From the NCBI RefSeq assembly GCF_006345805.1, contig NC_043003.1:34410001-34474000 (forward strand): a DNA stretch of 64,000 bases, read 5' to 3'. The position numbers and the translations under genes were made by a program. The notes beneath the pieces are model-generated. The model searched no databases. It had not been told where the DNA came from and saw only the letters and a program-made list of their open reading frames with translations. Each line of letters begins with the position of its first letter. Within the stretch, counting starts at the first letter, position 1. Positions 14,283-26,868 of this stretch are shown here, one piece after another. Source of the stretch: Octopus sinensis (Eukaryota).

Positions 14283-14350
14283 GGCCCCAGGTTAGCCTTG
14301 ATATAGTAGTACTATGTTCAAAGCCGTTCCAACCAGAACCGCTCTAATTT
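14283..14350 (-). mobile_element. Fragment of ancient SINE-like family (family Z)
   Basis: ttggccccaggttagccttgat...tatgttcaaagccgttcc recurs at about 15530, 25985, 28365, 38145, 47878 and 62725. Strand is inferred from the adjacent (GTT)n read as a 3' (AAC)n tail. Confidence 0.5.
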
Positions 14351-14619
14351 ATTTTTTCCAGTGGTATCAAGGAATACATTATGCAATATGTTATCCACTC
14401 TTTTTCAACACATAAGTTTGTGATTAAAATATTTGGTTGCTATTTCTGGCTCCCTCAATGGCTACAGTTATTGTTCTTGTTAGCGTTGCTATCGTTAGCA
14501 TTTTATATATTTACTCATTTATGTTTGGTGTTGTGAATATTATTTTATTTACAAAAATATTGTTGCAGCCGGTAATGATGGTCATTTGGTGGTGGCGGCG
14601 GCGGCGGCAGTGGTGGTGG

Positions 14620-14654
<35 letters not shown>

Positions 14655-15228
14655 CCACTCATCCATATCACACATCAATATCAATTGCATCTATTTTAAC
14701 CTTACCTCAACGAGGGAACTTTTACATAGAAATCCTAGCTGAATAGCATATCTAGCTATCGGTTTAACTATCAAGTCCCGCAAAATTATATGTAGAAGTG
14801 TTTATCCTCCTTACATTAACTGGCTCCAATGGATCATCATGTATTTCACCGTGACTTTATCAATTTTATCAAAATCTAACATCTAAATATATTCTTGTAC
14901 GCTAGTCGCGGCACCAGGGCCTGTTGTGGCACTATCAATCTATATGTCGCTGGTGGGGAGATGAATCGCTGTTGCTTCTAGTGTCTATCATTGGCAAGAC
15001 CAAAGAAGGTCGAAATCACATGATCTGGTGGCTTCGGTGCAGGAGGTAGCAAGGATTTATCTCCTCGATAGTGATATAAACAAGTGCATTTTGTCTCAAA
15101 AGCCAATATGTCAGCTTTTCTCATGATAAATTCGGCAGTATAGTTTGTTTTAACAGAACACCCACGTTTAAGTGGGGATAAATATTACGTATCGGTAGTA
15201 ATACTGCCTCTGTCGCTAATATAGATTA

Positions 15229-15485
15229 AAAATAATAAATGCGCCCTTTTAAAGCCTAACCAGGCTCATGGGCCCGGTTTCTCAGTTTCTATGGCGTATG
15301 TGTTCTCCAGCTGGACGCCAGTCCATCGCAGCATTACTCATTTTTGCCAGCTGAGTGGACTGGAGCAACGTGAAATGACGTATTTTGCTCAAGAATACAA
15401 CGCGTCGCCCGGTCCAGGAATCGAAACCATAATCTTACGATCATGATGCTGACACCCTAACCACTAAGCCACGCGCCTCCACCAT
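15229..15485 (-). mobile_element. Full-length tRNA-derived SINE (family C) with 12-bp TSD
   Basis: Reverse strand begins ggaggcgcgtggcttagtggttagggtgtcag, with B box gtttcgattcc. TSD taatatagatta at 15217-15228 and 15486-15497. Confidence 0.92.
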
Positions 15486-15529
15486 TAATATAGATTACTT
15501 GGAAATTATTGTTGTACTTGTTCTTGATG

Positions 15530-15660
15530 CTTAGCCCCAGGGGAATCCTGAAATAGCAAACCTATGATCAAAAGAATATCAGTGGTTACCATCCACTTCT
15601 TACTTAGTTTTCAGGTGTAGTGTATCCGAGACTACATCTATATTTCAAGACGGGTTAAAA
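15530..15660 (-). mobile_element. Family Z fragment
   Basis: cttagccccagg...aacctatgatcaaaag...gtgtagtgtatccgagactacat. Confidence 0.5.
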
Positions 15661-15927
15661 CCTCAAGTTTTCCTAAGATAACAAATAATAGGCGTTCCAC
15701 CTATGACTATCCCGTATTTTTGTAGTTCTGGTTATTCGGTGTATATGCATGTATGGCATTTGTATTTGTAGTTATTTGCTGCATGGCCTCCCAAAGTTAT
15801 ACTTGCATGCATACATAAGGCATGCATACATACATGTGTATACATGGCGTGTGCATATGTGAAAATGTCAATACATGTGTATGTAAATGAATCGGTAAGT
15901 GTGCGTGAATCTGCGTTTGTGTGTGTG

Positions 15928-15960
<33 letters not shown>

Positions 15961-16729
15961 TTTATACCAATTGAAAGGTAAATGTGGAGGCGGATACAAA
16001 ATCCAATGTCAAGAAAAGACTGCTTGAAGAGAATGATGGACTTAATGGCATAGGTGGTGAGTTAGACAGGTTTTGAACTTGAGACAGAGGAAACAGGAAA
16101 GAGAGAGAGAAAGAGAGAGAGAGAGACAAATAGATAGACATAGAGAGAGAGAGGGAGAGCGGCAGTGTGTGTGTGGGTGTGCGTGTGAAAGAAATAGAAA
16201 TATGTTATAAAACAAAATTTATGAGCGTCGTGAAGGGAGAAAGACTAAAAAAGGTAAAAAAAAGACAGAGGACAATAAACTATATAACTAGACTGTTTAA
16301 GAACGTAATTATTTATCATGTATGTGTTTGTAGGCGCATATGTGGGCGTCAGTGATCGTGTGTGTGCGTATGCCTGTGTGTGTATGTATGCGTATGCCTG
16401 GGTGTGTATGTATGCGTGCGTGTATGAGTTTCTGTATTGCCACTTTCTTATTTGTTAATTTGGAAAGCGTATGAATAGCATACGGTGTCTGGAGTGTGTG
16501 ATACAGGGTACTTTCCCTGTTGATCTTCCATACATTTACTTCCACTATAGCGACAATTTAGTCATTGTTTTACGGAATATCAAAACTTTTTGTCTGCAAA
16601 ACTTCTGAGCCTTAACCTTGGTTTAAAGAGAGCCTGAGAAGGAATTCACTGATATTCAGGACATTCAATGCAGAAAAAAGCTCATTCGAAGACTCAGTCT
16701 TCGGTGATACTTAAGAGCAAGTAACAGTA

Positions 16730-17014
16730 TTTCCTTCTCGAGCCATGCCTGGCTCATAAGGGCCGGTTTCCTGGTTTCATTGGCGTATAGGTTCCCCACC
16801 TGGACAGGACGCCGGTCTGTCGCAGGTGAGCTGCAAGATGCAGGAGGAAAGAGTGAGAGAAAGTTGTGGAGAGAGTCAGCAGAAGTTCGCTATTACCTTC
16901 TACCGGAGCTTAGGTGTTTCGCTCATAAACACACACATCACCCGGTCTGAGATTCGAACCAGCGATCCCCTCAACCGCGAGTTCACTTCTCTAACCACTA
17001 GGCTACGTGCCTCC
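16730..17014 (-). mobile_element. Full-length tRNA-derived SINE (family E) with 10-bp TSD
   Basis: Reverse strand head ggaggcacgtagcctagtggttag...ggttcgaatctc. TSD agtaacagta at 16720-16729 and 17015-17024. Confidence 0.88.
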
Positions 17015-17139
17015 AGTAACAGTAATTTACTTAGTAATAACACTTTGAAGGTGGTTTATGCCACCTTAACTGTCAAAAGAACATGATTTATGTCCAGTAT
17101 TACCCAAATTTCCACTTTTCGCTTCGAGCGTAGATCATC

Positions 17140-17365
17140 TGTCTCGAGCCAACGAATGAGTCATTATGTAGTTGTTTGACTTGTTAGAAATAGCCACCCA
17201 ATCTCCATCAAAACACATCTGGGCAAATTTTAAAAAATTAATGGATGCAATGCATAATTTAGTTCTTGATACAGAATGTTTGAGATGAAAGACGTGATGT
17301 TCATGGCTAGAATGACATTGATTATAGAATGACCTGGTATTAAACGACAGAAACAACAAACTGTG
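17140..17365 (+). mobile_element. Family Z copy in the minority orientation
   Basis: gacttgttagaaatagccacccaatctccatcaaaacac is the reverse complement of the gtgatttg...gctgctatttctag motif in the other copies. Confidence 0.5.
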
Positions 17366-17908
17366 TTCATCGGTAGAATAGAGGAAAGTGCTCAATACGA
17401 AAACTGTAAGGAAAGAGAAAGAGAGCGAGTGAGTGAGTGAGAGGGGGGTGAGAGGGGGAGTGAGAGGAAGAGCCAGAAAGTTATCCAGTAATATTCAACT
17501 GTGTGGCTATATACCCACTTGTTGTTTCGCCCAGACCAGTTCTGATCGAGGTGTTCCAGTCACAATCACTCTGAGCTTTTTGTGTGTCTGCGACTACATT
17601 TTGTTCGACTCTAGATAGTAAAGGCTGTAGGTTCAATTCCTGAACACGTTCTTCCAGTCAACTCAGCTGCAATGATTGCCAGCCGGGAGCGAGTTCAGCC
17701 CTCTATCTCTCCTGGGTTAAGAGTAGGGTAAGTGAGAGATGGGTATGTCTACTCGAGCGTAAATAGATACCCGAAACAATTATGGGAATTTTGATACATG
17801 TTATGAAGTCTTTTTCACGTGCGAGTGACGGCTGACTGTACGACTATGTTATTCAATGTAGACATTCTTTTTTTTTTAAATAACAATAATAGCAATTTGG
17901 AGAAGATT

Positions 17909-18142
17909 GGCATATTTTGGTCATATTATGCGGAGAAAATCCCTGGAGAAGGACATCATGCTCGGAATGTTCAGTGGCAAGAGAGGAAGAGGCCGACCAA
18001 GAACCCGCTGGCTTGACACCATCAAGAGTGATACCGGAATGGACATAGCCAATCTGAAAGAAACGGCCCAGAATAGAACTGACTGGAGGACACTGATCCA
18101 TCGAGTAACCGAGAGTCGACTTCGACTGAGCGGATAGATAGA
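17909..18142 (+). mobile_element. 5'-truncated RTE-BovB-like LINE, intact ORF2 C-terminus, 10-bp TSD
   Basis: AYFGHIMRRKSLEKDIMLGMFSGKRGRGRPRTRWLD...NRTDWRTLIHRVTESRLRLSG* parallels the BovB C-terminus (YFGHLMRR..SLEKTLMLG...RGRQRMRWLD...KSRTRLSD). (GATA)-type tail. TSD ggagaagatt at 17899-17908 and 18143-18152. Confidence 0.93.
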
Positions 18143-18317
18143 GGAGAAGATTAACTGCTATTTCTAGACATCGAGCGACACAATAGCCTAGATTTAAATG
18201 GGTGTGTGGAGTAAATGTCTGAATATGTGTCGAAAAATGAAAATATAGATGAAAAGAAAAAAAAAACGAATAGACTATCAAGGCAAAACAAAGACTAACG
18301 ACGCGTGCGCGCAAACA

Positions 18318-18368
<51 letters not shown>

Positions 18369-18382
18369 ACACACACACATAC

Positions 18383-18416
<34 letters not shown>

Positions 18417-19626
18417 TGAAGAGAGAAGTAATTTGCGTGAGAAACGTTGGAAAAACAAAGAAAGTGGTGCACTAGATGCTAAACAACATCAAGATAACAA
18501 GGAGTATTACTAGAGGTGGCGGCGGTGGTGGTGGTGTTGTTGGTGGTGGTGTTGGTGTTGTTGGTGGTGGTGGTGATTGTGATGATGATGATTATGATGA
18601 TGGAGTTCACGGACAAGCAAGAAAATTATAGAACAAAATAAAGAAGTAACAACGTTTGATAATAATAATAACAAGAAAAAAGTAATACAAGTAACAAAAA
18701 ACTGCAACAATAGCGACAAAGATAAAAATACATAATAAAAAATAAAATAAAATAAAATCATCACAAGAAAAATAGCTAAAAAAAAAACACACAAAAGAGA
18801 AATTAGAGCTGAGATGACATTAAAGCTATGGAAAGAGGAATGACCGACTAGCAGACGACAAGTTTGGCTCTTTAACATTGATTTAAAAGTAAAGATGGAG
18901 GCTGGAGGAGTAGAAGAAAAATATAGAGTGACTTGAAAGCGAGAAAGAGAGAAAGAAATGGGGTGAGAGAGAAGAGAGAGAGAGAAAGGGAGAGAAATGA
19001 GAGAGAGAAACAGAGAGAGGGAGAGGGGGAGAGAGAGAGAGAGAGAGAGAAAAGCGTGATGTCGTGTAAATGCATTGAAAGATTAAGAGAAATATTTGGA
19101 GAAAATTGAAAGGAAAAGAATATAACAGAAAGAGAGAGCAAGCGAGAAGGAGAGAGAGGGGGAGAGGAGAGAGAGGGGGAGAGAGTGAGAGAGAGAGAGA
19201 GAGAGAGAGAAGAGTTATAAAGAGAATTTAGTACAGGGAAAATGAGTATCGCTAAATAAAAGAAAATGTATTTCTTAACAATGAGAGAAGAGTTAGACAA
19301 AAAATGCTAAGGTGAGAGAAAGAGGGAGATAGATAGATAGATAGACAGAGAGAGAGACAAAGAGAGAGAGAGACAAAGAGTGAGAGACAAAAAGAGTGAG
19401 AGACAAAAAAGCGAGAGAGAAAGAGAGTGAAAGAGCGAGAGAGAAAGAGAGAAAGAGCGAGAGAGAGGGGAATACAGAGAGTTAGAAGTTGAGCGATACT
19501 TAAGATAGATTTAGATGAAAGACCGTGAAGCTTATTTTGAGAAAGAGTGAAACAATATAAATACATGTGTGTGTTTGTGTGTGTGAGCACTATATATGTG
19601 TGTGTGTGTGTATGTGTGCGTATGTG

Positions 19627-19716
<90 letters not shown>

Positions 19717-19721
19717 TATAC

Positions 19722-19798
<77 letters not shown>

Positions 19799-19814
19799 TC
19801 ACACACACACACAC

Positions 19815-19880
<66 letters not shown>

Positions 19881-20274
19881 TATACATATATATATGTATG
19901 TATATATGTGTGTATCTATATATATATATATCAATATATATATACAGACATAAACACGCATAAATATGTGTGTGTGCATGTATGTATATTTATATATATA
20001 TGAGAAAGAGAGAGAGAGAGAAAGGGATAGGAGGAGTCAAATGAAAACAACTTGAGACCAGGAACATCAAAAGTGAAAGTAAGAAAGAATAACTTAAAAG
20101 AAGTTAAAAGCAAATATGAAATAGAGATAGATCAAGAAAATAAATTACAAAAGAACAAAAGGAAGAGAGCTTAGCAGAGAAAAGAGTGGTGCAGAGAGTA
20201 ACGAGGAAGAAAATAAATAAATAAATAAATAAATAAATAGTAGTGGTAGTAGTAGTAATGATGGTGATTTTAAA

Positions 20275-20350
20275 TTTTGGCAGAAGACCAGCAATTTCGG
20301 GGGAGGGCATAAGTCAATTACATCGACGCCAGTGTTCAACTGGTACTTGT
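20275..20350 (-). mobile_element. 3' half of family A SINE
   Basis: aatttcgggggaggg...catcgacgccagtgttcaactggtactt. Confidence 0.65.
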
Positions 20351-20353
20351 TGT

Positions 20354-20737
20354 ATCCTTTTCTACTCTAGGCACAAGGACCGAAATTTTGGGGGTGAGGC
20401 CAGTCGAGAAGATTGACCCTAGTCCGCAAATGGTACTTAATTTATCGACGCCGAAAGGATGAAAGTCAACCTCGGCGGAATTTGAACTCAGAACACAAAG
20501 ACAGACGAAGTATCTATTTCTTTACTACCCACAAGGGGCTAAACACAGAGAGGACAGACAAACAGATTAAGTGGATTATATCGACCCCAGTGCGTAACTG
20601 GTACTTATTTAATCGAGCCAGAAAGGATGAATGCAAAGTCAACCTTGGCGGAATTTGAACTCAGAACATAAAGACAGACGAAATACCGCTAAGCCTTTCG
20701 TCCGACGTGCTAATGTTTCTGCCAGCTCGCCGCCTTT
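20354..20737 (-). mobile_element. Composite family A SINE: short-tail host with nested AAAGAAATA-tailed segment and internal duplication
   Basis: Head cgccgcc at 20728-20734; long-type tail at 20515-20600; the body segment occurs twice (20453-20514 and 20620-20686). Confidence 0.85.
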
Positions 20738-20764
20738 TTAAAGAAGCTGAAATGTTACAAATAT

Positions 20765-20850
20765 TCTTTTCTACTCTAGGCACAAGGCTGGCTTTTTGTG
20801 GGGAGCGCTGAGCATTTTTCTCGTCTTTTTACGTGCTAACAATTCTGTCA
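20765..20850 (-). mobile_element. Internally deleted family A SINE
   Basis: Tail ttttctactctaggcacaagg joined almost directly to head agcattttt...cgtgctaacaattctgtcag. Confidence 0.55.
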
Positions 20851-20869
20851 GAATCGTTTCTAAATCGGC

Positions 20870-21215
20870 ACTAGGAAAGATATTTTGGGACAGAGATGGA
20901 CATTAACCGATTAAATCGAACCAGTACATAACTGGTACGATATTTTATCGACCTCGAAAGAATGAAAGGCAAAGAAGATCTAGACGGAATTTGAACATGT
21001 GTACACGGTTCAAAACTTATAAACACAAATTTACACTTTATGCACACACACTCACAGTCACATGCTGATGCTTTATAGCTGATGATGTGACCGTGTGAGC
21101 GCATGCGCGTGCATGCGCGTGCATGCATACATAACTTTTGGATGGCCATATTGCCGGAAGACATACACCAAAGAATGTTTTACCGATGCTTTAACGATTC
21201 TGCCTATCCACCGTT
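20870..21215 (-). mobile_element. Family A SINE interrupted by CA/TG-type low-complexity DNA
   Basis: aactggtacgatattttatcgacctcgaaagaatgaaaggcaaag at about 20930-20975; head remnant ttaacgattctgcc at about 21190. Confidence 0.6.
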
Positions 21216-21249
21216 CTATATTTATTTTTCTGATTTAAGCTCATGAAAG

Positions 21250-21410
21250 GCAAATTTTAGGAGGCAGGCATTTAATCGATTAAGTTGGTCATAGTTCTTG
21301 ATTGGCATTATATTTTTATCGACTCCCGAGGGATCAGAGGTAAAGCTGACCTCGACGGGATATGAACTGAGAAAGAGCCGGAAGAGAGACAGCAAGGCCC
21401 ATTATCTGAA
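21250..21410 (-). mobile_element. Decayed family A SINE
   Basis: tttttatcgactcccgagggatcagaggtaaagctgacctcgacgggatatgaactgagaa. Confidence 0.6.
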
Positions 21411-21442
21411 GCTCTAACAATAAAATGATGATGATGATGATA

Positions 21443-21477
<35 letters not shown>

Positions 21478-21642
21478 GATGATGATGATATTGATGATGA
21501 CGACGACGACGATGGTGATGATGATGGTTTTATTATTGTTGTTTTTGGTGGCGGTGGTGATGGTGAAAAATAAAATATGAAAGTAAACCAAAAGGCTGAT
21601 GTAAATGGGAAGCAAAAGAGGAGAAAGAAAGAAAGAGAAAGG

Positions 21643-21743
<101 letters not shown>

Positions 21744-22296
21744 GAGCTAGGGAAATGATTTATAGTTTAACAAGATGGTCCAGAATGACAAATAAGTCAA
21801 CAAACGGATGTAAGCATATTTTGTTCAGATCTATATTCACAGAAACACATACATATATCACGCAAAGATACACACACACACACGTGTGTGTTTGTGTGTG
21901 TGTGTGTGTGTGCGTACGCGTATGTATAAGCGTATGTGGTTGTGCATGCATGCATAATTGCACGTCTCTATGTACACATGTGTATCTCTATCCACGTGTT
22001 TATGAACAAATGGTATGCTTAATCATATAGAACCATACATGAAACACAAAATATATACACACACACACACACACACCCATATACACACAACACACCCATC
22101 AGGAGCGATTACTAGTACTTAGACCAGAGCATGTAAGTTTAAAGATTAGAGTCACATAAATGAAGTAGGCAGCATATAATATGTAATGTACGTTCTTTCC
22201 TGCAACCCCTCATAAAATCGAAAATTTTATATTAAAATCGATATATTATTTGAATTCATTTACATTGCATGCTTTGTATTCAGGCACAAAACCGTA

Positions 22297-22328
22297 CTGA
22301 TGATACTTATTGAGGCAGAAACACGTGC
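22297..22328 (+). ncRNA. Degenerate hammerhead-like motif
   Basis: CTGATGA-tacttattgaggca-GAAAC-acgt. Stem II pairs only partly. Confidence 0.35.
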
Positions 22329-22772
22329 ATTCGACTGTCATCTTATTTCCAGATAATATGCCTGTCCTTTTCCTTAATGGCATGTCTGCTCTGGAGATTA
22401 TCTTCTATTTTCACTAGGCATTTGGAAACAATAAGACATCTACTGGAGGTGGAGGTAATTTAAATAGATGAAGAATTTATGTTATATGTATTTGTACCTG
22501 TATTTGTCTACGTTCTTTTTTCCACTCACCAAAGTGAATGGAGCTTTGGCCAGGAGGAACTGATGTCACCAGACGGTATAGAACGGTTGTTCGACCCTGA
22601 ACTGTAACATCCACCCGTTAGTGAGTCAGTAAAGGTGACCAAATTACTGCTCCTCGTCTCCCCCTGGCTTCCAGCTTAAAACTTCTCACTTGGTCCTTAA
22701 AAATATATATATATATATATATAAATGTATGTTATGGACCAACTGAGAGGTTTTAAGCTGAGAGGTTTTATT

Positions 22773-23003
22773 TGTTTCAGTCATTTGAATGCGGCCATGT
22801 AGGAACACCTTTTAGTCGAATAAACTGAGCCCAATACTTATTCTCTGTAAGCCCAGCACTTATTCCATTGGTCACCACTGTCGACCTGCTAAGTTACGAG
22901 GAGGTAAATATACCAATATCGGTTGTCAAGCGAAGGCAGGTTGACAAACACAGACATACAAATACATACGCATACATATACATACATACATACATACATA
23001 CAT

Positions 23004-23058
<55 letters not shown>

Positions 23059-23209
23059 ACGGGCTTCTTTCAGTTTCCATCTACCAAATCCACTCACAAG
23101 GCTTTGGTCGGCCCGAAGCTATATTAGAAGACACTTACCCAAGGTGCCACACACTGTGGGACTGAACCCCAAGCCATGTGGTTGGGAAGCAAACTTCTTA
23201 CCACACACC
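22773..23209 (-). mobile_element. Full-length CORE-type SINE (family B) with internal microsatellite
   Basis: Reverse strand: gtgtggtaagaagtttgcttcccaacc...gcaccttgggtaagtgtcttc...tggtagatggaaactgaaagaagcccg, then a (TA)/(TATG) linker and a 3' half ending ctgaaaca. Confidence 0.88.
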
Positions 23210-23482
23210 AACTCTTACACCTATATATATATGTGTGTGTGTGTGTGTATATACACATGTACATGTTATATTTTATACATGTTATATTTTATACATGTTA
23301 TACATTTATACATGTGTGTGTTTGTGTATACATGTTATACTTGCATATGAGTATACATGCAGTGAGTGAAGAATGATCACGTCAGACTGAAGGAAAGACA
23401 TGCATTATTAAGAGGACTAATGAGATAAAACAGGAGAGTAATTGATAGTGGGATACAGATCTTTGCGGGGCAGAGATGCTGT

Positions 23483-23513
<31 letters not shown>

Positions 23514-24488
23514 AGAGAGAGAGGGGAGAGAAAAAGAGAAAGACAGATTGAGAGGGAGGACAGAAACAGAGATAGAGAGACAGAGCGAGAGAGACAGAGA
23601 GACAGAGAGACACGCGCACACACATGCACAGAGAAAAAAAGGAGAGACCAAAGGTAAAAGACGGGAGAGATAAACAGATAAACAGATAGCCAGACAGTCA
23701 GAAATATTGACAGAGAGAGAGAGAGAGAGAGGAAAGAATGTACCACAGAGGTAGAGCTAAAAAGAGAAAAAACCTAAAGAGCATAAGATCAAAGTGAGAT
23801 AATAGAGGCGGGGTGTAAGGATCGAGATAGAAGTTTAAAAGGTAGGAGTAGCACGTGATATAAAAGATAGCATTGATAAGATGCTATAAAAGAGGAAAGG
23901 AAGACCTATTTTAAGCACACCCTGCTTGCCACCACCACCACCTGCACTGACAAACACTGGAAACACGTCCGAGACAGACGATAATTTCGGTAGTTCCTCT
24001 CCAGCTTTCTATCTTTCTTACTATTCTTTTATATTTTTCTTCTTTGCGTGTTCAAATTTATTTCTTTATTTCTTTCTTTCTTTCTTAATCTTTATCTAAA
24101 ATCGTCGTCGTCCGTTTAGTATATTTCTGAGTTTGTCTGACCTTTTCTTCTAATAAAAACAACAAAAAAATTAATAATAAATAAGCAAATAAAAAAAGAA
24201 AAGAAAAATGAAGAAAGTATTTCCTACTTATTCCCCCATCATCACCCTCACCTTCCCTTCCTTGACAACCTACCCACCTCTTCACCTTCTCCCATTCATG
24301 CCCTTCATTCAGTGTTTCGCTATTTATCATGGCGCCCTCCGATTTTCTGCCACCACCACCACCACCATCATCATCTTCATCAACATTATCTACCTAACCT
24401 ACCCTACTGAAACAACCCTTGCAAGATAATTTGTTAACACCTAAATAACTATGACCTTTCGTGGCACCTCATTAGATTCGAAAATTTC

Positions 24489-24557
<69 letters not shown>

Positions 24558-24739
24558 TGTGTGTGTGTGTGCGTGTGTGTGTATGTGTGTGTGTGCATCC
24601 ATCTATCTATCTTTATGAATATTTATATACATATATATATTTACATAAGCGCGTGTATATGTGTGCACACACACACGCACACACATACAAACACACACGC
24701 ACATTAAGTGTGAGTGTGTGCATATATTTTTTGTTCTTT

Positions 24740-25040
24740 TCTTTCACACATTGGAGTGCGGTCATGAAGGGGCACCGCCGCGACTGCATTAATCGTTCAA
24801 ATCAACCGCGGGTTCTTATTTTCGAATGGGCTACCATTTTTATTGGGTACGTTTTTTTCTTAAAAGAACCACCGAACCAGAGCTAAAGAGATACATGTAT
24901 GCACATAATACACTCCCCCGTTTACCGAATATATTCACTAAGGATCGATTGCCTCGGGTATATAATATTAGATGCTTGCCCATGTGCCGCGTATTGGGAT
25001 TAAAACTGAAACCATATAACGTCTTTACCAATACGGTTAT
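24740..25040 (-). mobile_element. Decayed family B SINE
   Basis: gcggtcatgaaggggcaccgcc (3' end) and gatgcttgcccatgtgccgcgtattgggattaaaac (CORE/head). Confidence 0.55.
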
Positions 25041-25159
25041 GTCAATGTGTGTGTGCGTGTTCCCTTGTGTGTTACTTAACTTCTTGTTTCTATTTTCTTT
25101 CTGGCTTCTACATCTATCTAGTCACGATTTTTCATCCAGCCCTCAGTGATGCCTAATGT

Positions 25160-25490
25160 AGTTCTTTCCGGTTTACTCCAAATCAACTCTAGTCAAACAG
25201 AGCCACGATCAAATTCGTTCCAGCCGAGACAATTCCTTCTTTTTATATATGTAGGAATACTCCTAACCAGTGAGTCTGTTTTAATCAACGGTAAACAAAT
25301 GTGCCCCCGCCACCACTTTCGAAAGTAGAAAAATGTGTTGATAGAATTCGGTTGCTTTTTATGACATCCCAAAAGCCACATAAATGCTCTTCCGATTAAA
25401 ACGTGAACACAGCACACTGCCCGGTCCAGGAATCGAACTCACAACCTCACGATTGTAATCCCGACGCCCTGACAACTGAACCATGCATCC
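25160..25490 (-). mobile_element. Decayed SINE: tRNA head plus family Z-like segment
   Basis: Head ccaggaatcgaactcacaacc at about 25425-25450; cagagccacgatcaaattcgttccagcc at about 25198-25225. Confidence 0.5.
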
Positions 25491-25984
25491 TCTTTCTCTC
25501 TCACACACACACACACACATCATTTTCTTGTCATTTCGGTTAGACATTGACACCGTTGAAGTTCTCTTTTCAATTTATCTTGTGTTTTAATGAATTAATT
25601 AATTATGTATCCTTATGGGAGTTGTAGTAGTCGTAACATTTGTTGTTGTTGTTGGCTTTACTGCAGTTGTCGGACTACTTTCAGTGAAGGTACAGAGAAA
25701 GGAGAGAGGGGAAAAGAAAGCGTGCGTGCATGTGGTTGTGTGTGTATGTGTGTGTAAACAAAAGGGAGATAATAAGAGAATGAATCGAAGTGTGTGGTAG
25801 GAAGCTAGCTATAATCTTAATCGCACTACTGGTGACGATTATCCGCAACCAATAGGATTTACAGTGACACTTTCACTTAATCCTATTGTCCCTTAAACAT
25901 CTCTTTCTCTGCCTCGTCATCCCATTCGGCAACCTGTAACAATTTGCGTCATAGAACACTTCTTTTGACAGTGAAGGTGGTGTT

Positions 25985-26170
25985 GTTTAGCCCGCGGTCA
26001 GTCTTAATTGAGCTGGTTTATGATCAAAGGCATGACCATCTAGTTTATTGGTGTTAAGGAGTAGGGGGACTAATAAACCATTTCTATAGTATTGAAGGTG
26101 GTAGAGCATGATTAGAAAGAGATTTAGTTGCTAGTTCTTGCAGATCGAAACATCACGTGGGAGCTCTCTA
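25985..26170 (-). mobile_element. Family Z copy
   Basis: gtttagcccgcggtcag...tatgatcaaaggcatgacc...gatttagttgctagttcttgcagatcga. Confidence 0.55.
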
Positions 26171-26228
26171 CACACTGAATTTATTGACCGCTTTGTGAAA
26201 AGTAAATGTAAGGTCAAAGTTCATTTTT

Positions 26229-26559
26229 GTGGTAAGAAGCTTGCTTCCCAACCATATGGTTCTGGGCTCAGTCACACCGCGTGGCACCTTGGGCACCTAT
26301 AGCTTCGGGCCGACTATAGCCTTGCAAATGGATTTGGTAGACGGAAACTAAATGAAGCCTGTCATATATATATATATATATATGTGTGCATGTGCTTGTG
26401 TCTGTGTTTGTACCATCCACCGCTTGACAAACGGTGTTGGTGTGTTTACGTCCCCGTAACTTAGCGGTTCAGCAAAAGAGACGATAGAACAAGTACTAGG
26501 CTTTAGAAAACCCCAGCATGGTGACAGACAAGTGACTGAAACAAGTAAAAGATAAAAGA
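26229..26559 (+). mobile_element. Near full-length family B SINE
   Basis: gtggtaagaagcttgcttcccaacc...gcaccttgggca...ggatttggtagacggaaac, (TA)n linker, cgtccccgtaacttagcggttc, tail agtaaaagataaaaga. Confidence 0.88.
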
Positions 26560-26583
26560 TATGTATGTGTGTGCGCGCGTGTG

Positions 26584-26628
<45 letters not shown>

Positions 26629-26816
26629 GAGTAGTTGAATGAATTATCTTGTTATGGATAATTCGGTTAACCGATACCTGGGTAGCAAATTCACATCAGA
26701 GAAGACACGTTTGAAGTTACGTGCTTTCGTGTGGAAATTTGTATGTTTTTTTTTTTAAATATAAATATATGAAAGAATGGAGTTGAACGACGAATTAACA
26801 AAATTCATATATTTAT

Positions 26817-26868
<52 letters not shown>

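Noticed and set aside
15400-15485. tRNA-like A and B boxes here and in other SINE heads
   Set aside because: No complete cloverleaf; they continue into SINE bodies with TSDs, so they are not tRNA genes.
21045-21105. Hairpin containing tgtgaccgt (miR-2001-like start)
   Set aside because: The rest of the mature sequence does not match, the stem is short, and it lies in CA/TG low-complexity DNA inside a SINE.
23262-23345. Roughly 17-bp tandem tacatgttatattttata
   Set aside because: An ordinary AT-rich minisatellite derived from neighbouring low-complexity DNA.
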